Shown here: positions 51,854 through 64,000 of the stretch, in pieces
How the letters are laid out: each line of letters opens with the position of its first letter
Position numbering within the stretch: position 1 is the stretch's first letter
Assembly (NCBI RefSeq): GCF_964355755.1
Contig: NC_092680.1
Location: forward strand, 8,990,001-9,054,000
Source of the DNA: Antedon mediterranea
Lineage: Eukaryota > Animalia > Echinodermata
Length of the DNA: 64,000 bases
Reading direction: 5' to 3'
The notes under the pieces: model-generated
What the model saw: only the letters and a program-made list of their open reading frames with translations
Databases searched by the model: none
Told to the model about the DNA's origin: nothing
Translations under genes and position numbers: made by a program

Positions 51854-53463
51854 AGGGGGATTCTGGGTTTAAAATTGCTTCTAAATATCGTTTATTTATT
51901 AAATAAAAAATATCATAGCAATATAGACATGTCAGAATGAAGAAGTAATAACGAGAAATTAGAAAAATTAAATTTCATATACATTTTAGGGTAAATTCAT
52001 GGAAAGTCTGTTTTTCAGCAGCTTAGGGAAGCTCATTAATATTCACAAAATCACGTCATCAGTGGATTCCAAACTCGCGATGTCAAGCTTGTACGTTGTG
52101 TTCTCTCTCCCCTGTCAAACGACGACCACCCGATCATTGTGAAATACATTTTTTTGTAGATTTTCTAAGCTAGGCCTAAAGTGTAATAATAACAGTAGTA
52201 GCATATATTTATTTGACATTTAATGAAATACAAAATTTAGTACAGATTACGGAGTCATAAATTATACTATTTTTATACCTCGAATAGTACAGATCGTATA
52301 TCGGCTTCACGTACTAAGCCTAGGCTAGGCCTAGCCTAAATCATTTTATTCATGTGTGAGAGCCATTTCTGATTAGGGGGATTCCATGCCACGATGGCTA
52401 CGTTAAAACATTGGGGCCATCATTCATGGGCCTAGCTAGCCTATTACTAAACGATTGGCCCATAAATAACAAAACTCAGTGGATTCCAAACCCATCCTAT
52501 CAAGCAAACTCCTAAACAATGTAAACCTAAAACGTTCTACAAAAATCGGCTGTAAATATTGAGGCAAAACAAGGTCCGATCGCCGTCCGCACGTATGGTG
52601 TCCCGATCGTCTAATAAGTAGGCCTAAAATAGGCCTAGTTTACTCTCCAAAAAAGCGGATACTGCATCAAGCACGTAGACCTGTAGTAGGAAGGAGACCT
52701 AGCCGATCCGGCCCAGTTAAAAATTGAGCTAGCTAGTGTAGTAGACCCTATGCGAATTGATACTACCAGGCCTTTTATTTACTATAATAAGCTACACTTG
52801 TTAAAATTAACAATACTTATGTTTACAAATATTCCAACTCTCTCTAATTCGAGCTATATTATCTATACCATTCCGGTAGGTCGAGTCGACCTTCTATCAA
52901 ATACTGTACATCGTTCATGTTGTGATTGTAGTCGGGGTATACTCGACCCGACCAGTTTGGTATTGTATACTGTATCTGCTTATCACGTGACGATGCCAGG
53001 CATGGGCAGAGAGAGCGCGTGTATCGTCGTCTCGCTCTCCTCGCTCAGCAGGAATGTATACGTTACGCTTCATTGATTTTGAAGGCTTTCCCTAAGTCAG
53101 TGCGAAAATCGGCAACGTAAAGTGCAAACTTATCTAATTTTTCGCTGTTTTGATGGATTTTCATAGAAAATTGACTTTATAAATGGGAAGACCGACTAAA
53201 ATTACATCAGATAAGTATAATTTTAAAAAAGTAATTGATATGGTTAATGATAACGAGTCGTCGGAAGATTGACCATTTCACGAATTTCCTATTCTGTAAC
53301 CACAGTGTGATTTTGCCGTAGCTGCACTTGTAATCTGGCCTCATTTCACAGCCTTCGTTCTGCTTCACTGGGCGCTTATATAAATTGAAACTTTTACCGT
53401 TCAAGAGACTAAACAAATATATTTTACATTTTTTACTATTCATTTTAAACCCGGAACCCCCCT
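51854..53463. mobile_element. Kolobok-like non-autonomous DNA transposon
   Basis: TTAA|AGGGGGATTCTGGGTTTAAAAT ... ATTTTAAACCCGGAACCCCCCT|TTAA; sits next to a second Kolobok-like left end TTAA|AGATGTATTGTCCC at 51382 (similar end at 41827). Confidence 0.7.
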
Positions 53464-53467
53464 TTAA

Positions 53468-53618
53468 ATATGTAAAGGCAATCCTGTCACAAGATTGTAA
53501 TCTTTTTGGGATTTGCCTTCGTCCATTTTCTTGTTTTATCACTTGCCATTTTGTTTTGTTACTTTTGTCTTTTAATTAGACGTGAATAAATGTTCTTTGA
53601 ATTGAATTGAATTGAATA
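53468..53618 (+). mobile_element. LINE 3' end remnant
   Basis: Stem-loop AAGGCAATCC...GGGATTTGCCTT, AATAAA, (TTGAA)n tail. Confidence 0.5.
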
Positions 53619-54314
53619 TGGCCAATTAAAATTTAGTATATTTTGACCTTCATTTTTTTGTGTTTCAATCTTTAAGTTAATAATATATAAAATGCTAACT
53701 GTATTAAATTATTTAATAGACTGATGACATCAGGCACAAAATGATTAATCTTTTTATATTCCAACGTACGTACATGGCGTGGCGTTTGTTGTGCAGATAA
53801 GTAACTTGTTAAAAAATGAAAAGTTCAAATCTAGTTATTCTTGCTTGTAATACTAAACCATTCATGGCCCTTTTCTGCTGGACGGTATATTTTTGGTAGC
53901 AAAAAAGAACATAAGAATAAAATAAAAGCACATCAATCAAGCTCACGACAACTTCTGCTAGGAGGCACAGTCAGTTGTCTTATTCGATTGGGAACTTTCG
54001 TTGTCAACTTAAAGATTCATTGATTACTTTTTTTATTTGAATTGTAAACGGATTGTGCTCAACAGAAAATCATTCGAATAGAAAACGTTAACAACGCAAG
54101 CTTTTTCTTTAAGAACAATCTCAACGCTCAACATACTCCATTAAATAAGTAGTCAACGGAAAATTAAATGATTGGAAAAACTATACTCAGTACTATACCC
54201 ACGTATGAACAAAATTTCACTTCGTCCACTTGGTATGTATGCCAAGATTTTAATTAAAAACTATGATGAAACAGATTTACAAACAATCAACTTGGCTATC
54301 GAGACCATAAAGAA

Positions 54315-56450
54315 ATGGGCCCGATCATCTCTATGATGGGCCTGTTTGTCTCTATATGATGGGCCCAATCATCTCTATGATGGGCCTATGATGGGCCCGC
54401 GTTTGTCTCTATATGATGGGCCCGATCATCTCTATGATGGGCCCGTTTGTCTCTGTATGATGGACCCAATCATCTCTATGATGGGCCTGTTTTTCTTTAT
54501 GATGGGCCCGTTTGTCTCTATATGATGGGCCCGATCATCTCTATGATGGACCTGTGTGTTTCTATACGATGGGCCCAATAATCTCTATGATGGGCCTGTT
54601 TGTCTCTATATGATGGGCCCGTTTGTCTCTATATGATGGGCCCGATCATCTCTATGATGGGCCCGATCATCTCTATGATGGGCCCGATCATCTCTATGAT
54701 GGGCCCGATCATCTCTATGATGGGCCCGTTTGTCTCTATATGATGGGCCCCGTATCCGGACAACCACCCCTGGACAATTACCACCCGGACAACTACCACC
54801 CGGACAATGAACCCCCTAGGACAACTACCACCCGGACAATTACCCTCTACGACAACTACCCCTTAGGACAAGTTCCACCCGGACAACTACCCTCTAGGAC
54901 AACTACCCCTTAGGACAAGTTCCACCCGGACAACTACCCCCTAGGAAACTACTCCCTAGGACAACTACCCTCCTAGGACAACTACCCCCTAGGACAACTG
55001 CTATGCCCTTAGGACAACCACACCTATATCATGACACCTACACCTTAGGTTATAATTACTATCTTGTAAAACTTACTGAACTTCAAAGCATAAGGAGAGA
55101 GATTGATCTTAAATGAAAGCTTTTGAATTTTTTAATATGCGTATCGTCGGCAGTTATTTTACATTAAACGAGAATCGATCAAATTATTAAAACGTATTCC
55201 AATCTTGAAAAATAAAGGGGTGGCTTATTTTATTCTTGTGTGACATGAAGATGCCGTAAATAAATCTAGGAACATACTGTACAGTTTACCTAGCTGCACC
55301 AGTCAATCAAACAGTCTTTCATTTTAATGAACTATGAACTAACAATCTTTCTCCCTACGTTTTGAATGTCAGTAAGTTTACAATCGTAATTATAACCTAA
55401 GGTGTAGGTGTGGTTGTTCAGAGAGTGTTGTTGTTCTAGTGGTGTAGTTGACCTAAGGGCATAGCAGTTGGACTAGAGGGTATTAGTTGTAAGATAGTGG
55501 GACTGGAGCAGCCCCTAAATATCGATAAAATTGACCCGATTTTGTTCTCTCTTTTCTTTTTCAATCCAGTAATATTGGAATATTGGTTTGGCTTTTATTA
55601 CTTCATAGAAGAACTTTAATTTATTTGTTTTTTACATTTTCTCCCCACTCCTGAGAAAATAGGATAATAAACGTTTTTAGAATAATTATATCCATGATGT
55701 ATTTATGACTTAAACATTTCTACTTATTTCATTTTATTCCAAATCGTATTCTACAGCAAAGAACCTCCTAATGTTACTTTAGATTTAAAAAAAACCTACA
55801 CCTATATTACATTAGACGATTTGAAAATCAATCTCTCTCTCCCCCGTTTGACAGGTTCATACATTTCTTAGTTTTCCTATTATGAAAACATATCTAACTG
55901 CGCCAATTGAGGAAATAGTTTTTCATAGTTTGTCCTCGTAGTCCCCTCCTCGCACACAATTTGATTTTACAATACAATTGGGACCAAAAGAAGCAGCTTG
56001 TTAATTTGGTTACCAATCGTAGTTGTCCAAAGGTGTAGCGTAATTGTAATTTTCCTAGTGGGTAGCTAGAGGGTAGTTGTCCTAGAGGGTAGTTGTCCTA
56101 GAGGGGTAGTTGTCCTAGAGGGGTAGTTGTCCTAGGGGGTAATTGTCCTAGACCCGATGGACCCAATCATCTCTATGATGGGCCCGTTTGTCTCTATATG
56201 ATGGGCCCGTTTGTCTCTATATGATGGGCCTGATCATCTATATGATGGGCTCGATCGTCTATATGATGGGCCCGTTTGTCTCTATACGATGGGCCTGATC
56301 ATCATGATGGGCCCGATCGTCTATATGATGGGCCCGATCGTCTCTATTATGTACCCGATCATCTATATGATTGGCCGGATCGTCCATATGATGGGCCCTA
56401 TCGTCTTTATGATGTACCCGATCATCTATATGATGAGCCCGATCGTTCAT
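54315..56450 (+). repeat. 21-22-bp GC-core minisatellite (GATGGGCCCGATCATCTCTAT) interrupted by a transposon
   Basis: Same-orientation arrays at 54315-54750 and 56157-56450. Confidence 0.9.
54751..56156. mobile_element. MULE-like element with tandem GGACAACTACCCC subterminal repeats
   Basis: Left CGTATCCGGACAACC with many GGACAACTACC units; right many GGTAGTTGTCC units ending CTAGACCCG; flanks ATGGGCCC / ATGGACCC. Confidence 0.7.
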
Positions 56451-58110
56451 GGACGTAATTGTCTGTTTACCTACAACTGTACTGGCATAGCTAGATGGCC
56501 TAGCCTACCTACATAACTACTTTCTAGTATTGCTTACTGTAAGAATGTGGTTTAGAAGTCGAAGGTGAAAATCTCAAAGTGACATTTACATCACTTTTGT
56601 TTTTGAAAAATCCCAAGGCTATTTTTAGATGTACAGTAGAAGGAATTGTTGACACACAGTTTGTATGGGTTCAAGTATCTCCTCCTTCATGTTATCTGTC
56701 TCTAAGATCTGATAAATAACTCATTTGAGTTTGAATGAAATCTCATGTCATTGGTAGAGACAAGGACACCAGAACTAAAGCTAAAGCTCTGTCTACAATT
56801 AACTAGTTTGACAAAAAAGTGGGAGGTACCCAAATATGGTAGAGATATGCCCTGCCGATATGTTGTAATAATTAAAAAAATAAATGTTGTGAAATTTGGA
56901 CTTTGTTTCACTATCAAATTTTATGTTACAAGCACAACACAGGAGTATTTGTGACATTAAAACTTGTTTTGAAACTGAAAATTATCAAAAAATAAAAGCA
57001 TATGAACAGGCTGACTGAAAGATTTAAATAACTAGATATAAGAGCAGAATCATTTATAAAAAAATTTTCACCTCTCTGATTAATTAGCCTGATACAATGG
57101 AACATAGAGTTGAATTGGGAAGGTGAACCTTAGTGCTAATTGAATGACTGAAAAAAAAAATTTCAGAGAATTAATAATTAATATATAATTTTATAGTTCC
57201 TTAATTACATATGATGATTAGTACTCATTACAGTATAAACCATATTCTTGTATATATAAACCATACATTGACTTTCAGAAGGAGAAAGTCAAATGTATGT
57301 ACAGTATTTACCAGAACTGGCTAGTTAATTCCATGGTGTACGCTATTCAAACACGTAGTACTTTCAATACCGATTTCGTTTGACCTTCTCATTATGAAAG
57401 TCAAGCTGTGACTCATTGTGCATGCATTGCAAGCAGGCATGATGCAATCATGTGAGAACAAGGTCCAATCAGACAATAGTATTAATACAGCTGACTTCCC
57501 TTTGAATTGCTCAATTGTAATTGAGATTCAAGAAGAACAGTCTGTTTCGTTCCTACACAATAACTAGTCTACTGTAAAACTGGTAAGTATTTGCTGTGTT
57601 GCTTAGGCCTGCCTATGTAGCTGTTTTTACACTAGAATCTAGAGTTATTAAAGGCTAGTACTGTACAAAGTTAGTGTTGGAAATAATTTCTTAATCATTA
57701 GTCTAATTAATTATTCTTTTAGTTTATTTTGCTGCATTGCATTTAATTATCATACATTTTATTATTAATAATGTTATATGCAGTCGTATTGTATCATTAC
57801 TGTATTGTGAAATTCTATTCCATTCTGTATTTTTATATTAAAAAAAGTTAAACTCTTATTGTCAAAAGAATTGTTGGATAAATTATACTTAATGGTTTTT
57901 GACTATTGCACAAAGTATTGGAAACGACACATTTCAGTTCACATGTCAATCTATAGAATATATTCATCCCTCGTTCGTTTTACAGGAAATTGTCCCCTTA
58001 ATGAGTGTCCCTTAAAAAGCAATGGCGATGCCCAACAAAGGAGGAGTCGGTTCTGCTATAATGTTTATTAAATACTGTATTAGTTCATATTTTATATTTA
58101 CAGAACCACC

Positions 58111-61100
58111 ATGTCTACTGAGGTAATCCCGCAAGTACCAAGTACGATGTACTCTCGTGTTCTTAGCTACCCAATGGTGTGCACTGCCATCGATCAGGTA
58201 GCCAATGTCTACAACATGTCAAAGGAAAAGAGTGGCCTTATTCGCTGTACCTTTGAAGTTGCTGAGAAGTCAGTAGCCTTGGCTGCTGCCACTGCTAAGC
58301 CTGTTGTGAATCGATGTGAAAAGCCCAGTAAGTTTATTGGACACAACTTTTTTGGGGAAAACTTTTAATTTTGTTATCAAATCGATCAATTCCCTTATTT
58401 ATATTATTGAATCCATTTCAGTAGTCAAATGAATCAATCATTAAGCAATTAATCAATACATTATTAATCAATACAATAATCAATTGATCTGTAATTCATC
58501 AATCAATCAGTTCAATCAATAGTGGTGTAAATTTTTAGCCATTTAAGCTTCATGTTTAATCTATTTTAACATGAATTGGAATGTAGTTTGACTGAAATGT
58601 GTTTATATTTACAGTTGCCATGGTGAACGGTTATGCTTGCAAGCAGCTTGATAAATTGGAGGAGAAAGTTCCAATCATTACTGAACCAACTGAAAAGGTA
58701 AGTGTTATAGGTCTTAATAGATCTCCTAACAATTGTCTTAAGCAACATAATTGCAGGCCTATTTGCAACTGTTCAAAGCATTTGGAAAATAAGAAATAGT
58801 GTCCTGACTAAACCACACTACCATATTTATTTAAACAGCCACTTCCATATTTTTCGTTACCTTGTGAAACCCAATCTCCAACTTGAATTTCAACTGCAGG
58901 TATGTTTAGAACATAAATGATTATTGGATTTTGAAAGTTCACTGATTTATCATCAATTGTAGGTTGTGTCAAAGGTTAAAGATGAGACCTGGAAGGTCAT
59001 TGACAACAGTAAGAAAAGCAGCACTGCCTACATGAATGGATTAGTTGATACTCGTGTTGGTAATCTGGTGTTCAGTGGTGTTACAACTGCCTTCACTGTC
59101 ACTGAAAATGCTGTAGATTACTACTTGCCATCAGATGATGAGAAACTGTCTGATGATGAACAAGAACAAAGTATGTTTATTAAGCATCAATAAGATACAG
59201 TATTGATATAGTTGTATTAAAGTGAACATCTTTAATCACAATTATAACCTGTAATTCGTCAAAAGTGAAAGATTGGTTAAACATAAATAATGAAATTCCA
59301 CTGTTGAGGTTTTATAATGTGTGTTCTGTAAACAACACAGTGTGAATTTTTCAAAAATTGAAGATTTGAAGTTGGATAGTATATTTGCCTTAGAATTTAA
59401 ATAAAATTCATAACAAGTTACTATTAACAATCTTATATATTGGAAGATTAAATTGATTTTTCTGATAAAATAAAAGTTTAAAGTAGTTTGCTTCATCATG
59501 TGATGGTTTCCTCAATTGTTTTTAATTTGAAAGACATTAATTGAGTTATTTCTTTTTTCAGTTGCTGATGAAGTAGTTCAGGGTCCACAACATTCCCTTG
59601 TGGTTGATGAAGAGCCTGGTTCCATCAAGCGTGTAACTACCTTGTCAAGTAAGGTCCGTCGTCGTCTCTACCAGCGAGCCATCAAGAAAGTTCATTATAT
59701 TCAGAAGAGAAGTCAGGAAACCATTGACAGACTTCACTTTACTGTGGACTTGGTAAGAAATAATTCACATGTTTATATTATAAATTAATTAATTCAACTG
59801 GTTTAGGGTAGATGTGTTATACTACAATATTGTGGGGCATTTATTCGAGGAGGTGTTTATCCAAAATGATGTTCTACGCGTTTATTCGAATAAATACTGT
59901 TTTTTGGCTGTTTCTATATAGTTTACACAATTGTGATAAAGCACAGGGGATTGAACATAGAAATGAACTTAGATTGCATAATATGTTGAACATTTAAGAG
60001 TAAAAAACTACCTAAAATTCAGTAAATACTTTTATTTAAATAATTGAACTAATTAGGGTGATTTCAATTTTAAAAAGATGAAATATTGCTCCTAAGATGA
60101 TGGAACATTATTAAGGTTTTTCAAATTTCTCTAAAGATTGATTATGCTAAGAAGAACATCGATTCAGCCAATGAGAACGTACGTGCCAATGTGAGAAACA
60201 CTCAAGAAACATTGTGGAAAACATGGAATGATTGGACAACAAATGAAGAGGAGGAAAAAAATGAGGATGTTGATGAAGACGAAGAAACCTTAGACAACGA
60301 GGGAAACCATGCCGAGGTAAGCAAAAACTATGATAATAAAACACTTTTTGAAAAGGACCAAATCACTGTACAATTTTGGTGGATCATATTTCATGTAGTC
60401 AATTACATCTGACTGTGGACAAGTACAGGTCCATATCATAGTGTAGCATAATCTAAATTGGATCAACAAAGAAATGAAGTGTCCAGAATGTATATAGTAA
60501 ACTGGTTTAATCAATACATTAAAGTTTAATAGGCCTAGGGTTTTGTACTTCCGATTAGGAAAATCAGTAGTATAGTTAATTTAGGCCTGATCTCAATTCT
60601 GTAAAATATATAGTAAGTTTAATAAAAAATATTGTTGTTTAATTTACAGGCAGCAGAAAAGAAGACTTTGGCAATTGCCCGTGTACTTTCAAAACGTTTA
60701 AGAATCCTCAGTGTTAACCTAGCAACAACTGTCTCCATGATGCCCCAGAACATTCGTACAAAGGTCAATGATGGTCTTGTTGTTGCGGATTCCCTGTATC
60801 ATACACTTCAAGAGGTTTGTATATAAATGCAACATTGTACTGATGCTGTAGTCTAGTCATCAGACCTTCATGTCTGTAGTGCAACATAATTGGTGTTATC
60901 GTATAAATATAAAATAACAAATAAATAAATATATTTTTTCTTATAGGCTAAATATTTCCGAGACCTTCCAAGCAATGTAGTAACCAGTGCAAGACATCAT
61001 CTTAACTCCCTTCAAGAACTAACAATGGATGTTGGCGACTACATCTTAACCATGAGACCTCTACAGTGGCTGGTAGGTGCAAACTCTTACTATTACTGTG

Positions 61101-61936
61101 CTTCATGTAATGTTTCTTCAATATATGTATCTGTGTTAGCAGCAATGGCAAAACCTGTAGTGTGCCAGATCTTGGTGTTTCCCAGGCTGTGTTTAATTAC
61201 ATTAACAAACCATTAATATATTTGCAAGAACAGCCATCTACTATTTTGATCAAATATTACATTTCTCATTGCATGCTATACAGATGTTTTGTATTTTTTT
61301 TTATACAGTTATTACTTTAAATCATCATTAATTTGCATGTTTTTTACATTTAATTAATTTATTAATTAATAAAGCCGGGCACAATGAGAACTCTAGCAAT
61401 CTGGCATATATGCTAGAAAATTAATTTCTGGTACTGTACACACCAGACTATTCCTGCTAGTTGGCTCTTGTGTGTGTCAGACATAAGGTGTTAATTACAC
61501 TTATTTAACATTTTATATACCTAATATACCGCAGTTTAGTATTTTTTGTAAATATACCTGCTTTAGTGGAATGCTTTGATTTTTAATTAGCTAATGGTGA
61601 AGGCTGCATGTAATTATTCTTGGTTTTTTTCATAAATGCTTTTAGTAGTAAATAGTCATTTACATCCATGCCTCTTTCTTTTCCCTTCTCTTTTTATCCA
61701 TTTAGGTATCCCGACAGGTGAGAGGAAGTGAACAGGAAACAGAAATCACCATGGATGATATACCAGAAAGGGGGGATGAGAGTAGTGAAAAAGTTGATGA
61801 TGAGGGTGAAGAGAAAGAGGAAGAAGTGGATGAAGAAGAGAGTGATAAGAAAGAGGATAAACAAAAAAATGATGATGATGATTATGAATTTTATGAGGAT
61901 CTTACAGAAAGTGATGCTAGTGACACAGAGATTTGA
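58111..61936 (+). CDS. PLIN2: Perilipin (PAT family, PLIN2-like), 466 aa (exons 58111-58327, 58615-58697, 58963-59170, 59562-59752, 60137-60316, 60650-60814, 60947-61072, 61706-61936)
   Basis: PAT domain (SRVLSYPMV...Y..SKE...AEKSV; NGYACKQLDKLEEKVPII), VDYYLP, LSSKVRRRLYQRA, PLQWLV; phases consistent; probable non-coding exon ending at GTAAGT 57583. Confidence 0.88.
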
Positions 61937-63820
61937 CTATCACAAAATAATACTTCACTAATCATGAAAGCGCATTTAGACGCTGAAAATGTTCTAAATT
62001 GTTGTTTGCAGTTAAGTGTTTTTAGCTTAAATAGATCAGCACCAGTTAATTGGGGTGTACAAAGTTGCATGAAATTAAATGCAAAACTTGTATTAAAGGT
62101 GAGGGATTACCATACTGGTTCCATAGTCACTTTAGAATACAAGCTGTCTGGGGGTATCCACATCCCTGAGATAATATCGGCATTTAACAATGGAATGAAA
62201 TTTGTTGGAAAGGAATAAGCTTTGTGTGTGTGTTGTCATAATAGAGAGCTTTGATTTGTAACCACGTAAGAAAAAGTCATTTCAATTAATGTGTTGTCAG
62301 TAGTTGCCTAGACCTAGAAACCATTAAAACTGTTTCAAGGTGGGGAGCACGGAAACACATCCCAACTTCCCTGCATGCACACAATGAATTGACATGTCAT
62401 TGGTCGTCGCAAATCAAAAGCTCCTGATTAGTATCTGGTGTGAATGCTATATGTGATATATATTCGGATATACACTTTACTAAATGTGATAAATATTCAC
62501 AACTTCCCTTTCATCTATTTTGTAACACTAGTAAGTTTGATAACACTTGATTTATCATAAATTTATAATTAACAAGCTATTAATATTGCTGTTGTTATCC
62601 TCCGTACTCTTGCCTTATTGTTTTCATTATTGAATAAATTCATAATTTGAGATTTCCATGTTTTTGTGTTGGTTCCTATTTTCGATAGTTGTTTTTACTA
62701 ACATTTTATTTATTAACACTGGTGTATCACCTCAAAATCACTTTAAATTTGCTCATTGTTTATTGAAGATATAAATTATAAAACATTTGTAAATGCTATT
62801 CTACAGTTTTGTACAGTATGAATTTTTGTAACTACACTATTTCTCTATTCAACTTGATAACTCATAATAATATTTTTGGTCTTATGGGGAGGAAGGGGCA
62901 GGGAGGAGAATACACCTAACTATTGGATATAATGTATATAAAAACTGAAGTATCAGAAATGCATGCTTTCAAGCAATGTTCAATTTTAATAAAAGACCAA
63001 TAAATTGTGTTTTATTAATTCTAAAAATACAGTAGTTGTATTCTTTAAATAAAAAAAAAAATGATTTTGAAGATTTGAAGCAGATGAGGCCAATATAAGC
63101 AACATATTTTTTTTTTCATTTTGTACATTCTGTATCTAAACAATAAATAATTTGTAGAAAACTTAAACTGTGATCACATAATCATCCAGTCTGCTACATT
63201 AAAGACCTGCACCAATTCTGCTGATGAGTCCTTTGTGGTCTAGCAGCTGGTATAACAATTCTTTATTCTGCTTTCCATAAGCTTCACAGTACTTGTTATT
63301 ACAGTAATCCGAATGAACATAATGCAATTCTTTATGTTATTAAATAGTCATTTTACCTTGAAACTAAAGACATCAAGGTAGTTTAATACTCATTTGCATA
63401 CCGTAATAAAGTATGACATGGCATTAAGCTTTTGTTGCAACAAGATGTAAATCTGCTGGTGCCATGGTTCAAATGTAATGGCGTGTGTCATGGCAGAATT
63501 GTTCAAACATTACACAGGCTACCATCTATTTTCGACAGGGTGATACATTGCTAAATTTCATTACCATGCACTATCATCACTTGTGTGCACAAATGTCATC
63601 ATATTTAGTAAATTTAACAAAATATGAAACTGTTAGTTGCTGTACATTTTTATATTTTATGTTTTAAAAATGTTTTGTTATTTCCTTTGAAGCACTGTAC
63701 ATAAAATAAAGTACTAAGTATTCAGCACATGGTTTAATAGTCATGTTATAATGTCTACACTTCACGTTTCACATCTTTTATATCTTTTTTTTGTGACATT
63801 TTGTGTGTATTATTTTACAG

Positions 63821-63916
63821 GTTCCTGAGGTTGAAATGGATGGCATAGAGTTTGATTTTGGTATGGGCTCTGACCAAAATGACGTGGATCTCTTCAGTAG
63901 TGAAAACAGTGATTAA
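63821..63916 (+). CDS. Probable alternative terminal exon of the perilipin (VPEVEMDGIEFDFGMGSDQNDVDLFSSENSD*), giving a 421-aa isoform
   Basis: Strong acceptor TATTTTACAG, phase 0 matching the 61072 donor (PLQWL-VP), TAA at 63914, AATAAA at 63943. Confidence 0.65.
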   Translation, partial: VPEVEMDGIEFDFGMGSDQNDVDLFSSENSD

Positions 63917-64000
63917 GCCTTTTGACTTTAAATCATACTTTTAATAAAATAAAATACTGTAGTTAATTAAAAACTTAAATTACCATACTGGCCACAATTA

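Noticed and set aside
52750-53579. ORFs within the Kolobok-like element as transposase
   Set aside because: Short, no catalytic or zinc-finger motifs recognisable
54623-56516. ORFs with YDGPDHL repeats
   Set aside because: Arise from 21-bp minisatellite units; neighbouring 22-bp units break the frame; no splice or start support
61706-61713. GTATCCC as a second U12 donor
   Set aside because: It follows a strong acceptor and is the exon start; deviates from GTATCCTT and no matching branch site identified

Overview
AT-rich (intron-containing) animal genomic DNA, most likely an invertebrate deuterostome such as an echinoderm (inference from gene structure and repeat content, not proven). Spliced protein-coding genes reconstructed by hand with phase-consistent GT-AG introns: 3' part of a KIAA0825/DUF4495-like gene (+, 1-2357), EDC3 (-, 9744-12751), an EPHX3/4-like epoxide hydrolase (+, 24392-28439), NR2C2AP (+, 29224-36783, last intron U12-type) and a perilipin (+, 58111-61936, with an alternative terminal exon at 63821-63916). 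Two small, apparently paralogous single-pass membrane microprotein ORFs lie at 38205-38432 and 40561-40746. The rest is dense in transposon debris: a Merlin-like element with ~830-bp inverted repeats, a 4.3-kb foldback element in an NR2C2AP intron, Kolobok-, Harbinger-, MULE- and Tc1/pogo-like MITEs, decayed LINEs, tRNA-derived SINE heads, Penelope-type minimal hammerhead motifs and several satellites. The repeat arrays record three kinds of TA-site insertion scars (TA-CAG-TA, TA-CCG-TA and the unusual TA-GGCC-TA). All family assignments are from recognition by eye and need database confirmation.
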